From the NCBI GenBank assembly GCA_001179505.1, contig CDMY01000198.1, positions 62,001 through 126,000 on the forward strand: 64,000 nucleotides of DNA, given 5' to 3'. Of the stretch, positions 61,506-64,000 are shown in pieces. Source of the DNA: Vitrella brassicaformis CCMP3155 (Eukaryota; Protista; Chromerida). Under the pieces are notes generated by a model. That model was not told the DNA's origin, ran no database searches, and was given only the letters and a program-made list of their open reading frames with translations. Both the position numbers and the translations under genes were made by a program. Within the stretch, counting starts at the first letter, position 1. Every line of letters starts with the position of its first letter.

Positions 61506-62581
61506 CCGGTCGACCTCAGTCCCTGTGCGTGTCCATCTCCCTGGTACTCACCTTCAGCCAGACTTTGCGGTCGTCATCGGTGCCGAGTATCCTCTCATGT
61601 GACGTCAGGTGGGGCCAGCCCAACACCCAGGAGCCTCGCAGCACTTTCCTCAGGGGCGGCCTCGACCCATCAGGCGGCACATCGGTGGCCATGGGATCTG
61701 CGAGTGGGACAGCCTCGAAGGTGCCGTTGGAATGGAGCTGCATCGTGTAGAGGGCGGCGGAGGATTCCCTCGACAGCCGCTCGTCTGACCGCCTCGTTAG
61801 CGTCCACAAACCTGAAGGACAGACACACACATACTCAATGCATGCATCGCATCAATCAGTGAGTCGGTGAGTTGGTTATACCTGCCAGGCTGTCCCGGCT
61901 GATCGCGGGCCTCATTTGTTTCTCCAGCCGCCTCTTCATCCATTTCAGCCCCTCAGCTCCGCCAAATTGCTGCGACGAGAGGATCTTCTGCATCGAGAAG
62001 TCACCCACGTAAGTCGGGTCCATCGATCCCGCCGACACGTAGCCGTCCACGCGACTCGTCTTCTCCGCCCCGTCGGGGATGGGCCCCTCAAGAAGGTCAA
62101 AACCGATCTGGTTGCTCAGAGATCGGTCCACCCAGACGGACAGACGCTGACCGTCTGTGTCCCACTGCCCCGATAGCTGAGCGGCCTCGCGGCGCCGCCT
62201 TGACAGATAGCTCACGCTCTCCTCGTCTTCGCTCTCCGCCGTGGCCGCTGCGGGCCCAATAGCCGCCGACCTCAGGCCGCCGAACTGATTGAGGACCACA
62301 TAAAACTCTCTGCAATCTCCCTCCACGAGTGTCCTGAGCCGCCAGGTGCCGCTCAGCAACCAATGGTCCTCTGTCGGCACGAACTGGGTGCGGGAATAAA
62401 GAGGTGGTGTCCTCATCCACCGTCTTGGAAGGGCTGGCTGGATAAAAGCTGAAAGAGCTGATGCGCGTCCATCAGGGTCTCTCAGAGCCCTCCAGCGATG
62501 CATGGTGCCGCCTGCTTCGCAGCAAATGGAGCAAACGAGGCTCGCTACGAGAGGCGCCGAAGATGACAATGACAACAACAT
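61197..62581 (-). CDS. Probable plastid-targeted protein of unknown function with two internally similar beta-rich halves
   Basis: Signal-like MLLSLSSSAPLVASLVCSICC, then a transit-like segment (SALSAFIQPALPRRW). LSGTWRL...G.W...G(Y/W)(V/I)..GS.(D/E)P..(V/I)G.F.M occurs twice. 3 exons. Confidence 0.6.
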
Positions 62582-62789
62582 GATCACAGATCTTGACAGA
62601 TGCTGATCTTCACTGCATGGCGCTCGCTGCATGGAGCTTCCCCTGCGACGGCCGAACTGCGAGCTCAGCCAGCGGATCGGCGTGCGAAGATCTTGCCGCT
62701 TGTGCTTGGCGTCTTGTGTTGCGACGGCATCACTGCCCTGAAGGATCCGTCCATCGTTTGTTTGATCATCCCCCGACGTTGCCGTCATC

Positions 62790-63663
62790 ATGTCGAGTGT
62801 GGAGGGCGAGGAGCGTTTTGACAGCTTCTTCATGAAGGTGGCGGAGGAGGCCCGCGGCATCGACAACCTGATGGACTACTTCTTCAGCTTCCTGGAGCGC
62901 AAGACCGACTTCTTCACCGGCGTGCAGGACAGCAAGATGGCGGAGCAGACCGTCATGAAGGCCTTCCACAAGCACCAGAAAAGGGCCATCAAGCGCAGGG
63001 AGGACGAGAAGCGTCGGCATGCCGCCGAGGACGAGGAGAGACGCAAGAAGCTCGCTGCGCAGCGCGAGAAGGACAAGGCCGAGTACGAGAAGCTGCAGGC
63101 CGAGCGCCGCAAGCAGCAGGAGGACCTGTCCAAGCGACCCAAGATCGAGGAGATCACCGAGGAAGAAGACCACCAGCAGGACCACCCGATGAAAGACCGG
63201 CAGCCGACCACCAACGGCGCCCACGCTGCCGCAGGCAAGGACCAGCCGTCGTCGTCATCTTCTGCCAGCCAGGCGGCCAACGGCACTACTGAGGACAAGG
63301 AGATCAAGGACAAGGCCGAGGAGGTGGTCATCGGCGAGGATGACGACGAGGCCGACGACGGCGCCCCCAACCCCGCCAAGTACGGCAACGGCGGCAAGAC
63401 GGACCGCTACACCTGGACACAGACACTGGGCACCGTGGAGGTGCTCATCCCAGTGCCGCCCGGCACCAAGTCGTCGCAGCTGAGTGTGGTGATGACTGCC
63501 GACCGGCTCAAGGTGGGGCTCAAGGGCCAGACGCCCATCGTCGACGGCAAGCTGCACCAGAAGATCAAGCCCGACGACTGCATGTGGACCTTGGTGGACA
63601 ACAAGCTGGTGCAGATCAACATCGACAAGTACGACGCCATGCGGTGGTGGAGCTGTGTGCTGG
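62790..63663 (+). CDS. nudC: Nuclear distribution protein C (NudC), 3' end lost in the gap
   Basis: MSSVEGEERFDSFFMKVAEEARGIDNLMDYFFSFLERKTDFF (NudC N-terminus) and GNGGKTDRYTWTQTLGTVEV...LKVGLKG...DGKLHQKIKPDDCMWTL...RWWSCV (CS domain). Absent from the ORF track because there is no stop before the gap. Confidence 0.93.
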
Positions 63664-64000
63664 NNNNNNNNNNNNNNNNNNNNNNNNNNNNNNNNNNNNN
63701 NNNNNNNNNNNNNNNNNNNNNNNNNNNNNNNNNNNNNNNNNNNNNNNNNNNNNNNNNNNNNNNNNNNNNNNNNNNNNNNNNNNNNNNNNNNNNNNNNNNN
63801 NNNNNNNNNNNNNNNNNNNNNNNNNNNNNNNNNNNNNNNNNNNNNNNNNNNNNNNNNNNNNNNNNNNNNNNNNNNNNNNNNNNNNNNNNNNNNNNNNNNN
63901 NNNNNNNNNNNNNNNNNNNNNNNNNNNNNNNNNNNNNNNNNNNNNNNNNNNNNNNNNNNNNNNGCGGGTGTCTTTTTGGTCGGGTCTGGCTGGGAGGGAG

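Noticed and set aside
1-64000. rRNA, tRNA and CRISPR arrays
   Set aside because: None recognised by eye. A tRNAscan-SE/Infernal run would be needed to exclude small RNAs.

Overview
This is a GC-rich, intron-dense eukaryotic window with short microsatellite-laden introns ((GT)n, (GTCT)n, (GATG)n) and six ~300-N scaffold gaps. Gene content and style suggest a chromerid alveolate such as Vitrella brassicaformis (inference). Host genes, often head-to-head, are: CASC1/DNAI7-like (partial), RING+TPR protein, guanylate-binding-protein-type GTPase, PhIL1-like protein, a duplicated divergent pseudokinase, EamA/DMT transporter, NAD-dependent sugar epimerase, secreted Cys-rich/EGF protein, subtilisin-PAN/Apple membrane protease, carotenoid cleavage oxygenase, ankyrin and TPR proteins, DsbA/FrnE oxidoreductase, a secreted coiled-coil protein, a probable plastid-targeted protein and NudC (partial). 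The 42-61 kb stretch is an unstable accessory region. It holds an array of four or more paralogous, mostly decayed small kinases with a collapsed activation segment, including an inverted head-to-head pair. It also holds a truncated retroelement at 51687-55460 with an N-terminal GIY-YIG endonuclease, a CxC linker and an upstream copy of a probable RT C-terminus. That is the layout of permuted (Chlamys/Naiad-type) Penelope-like elements, but here with an extra intronless 437-aa ORF. All gene models are manual, and family calls come from motif recognition, not database searches.
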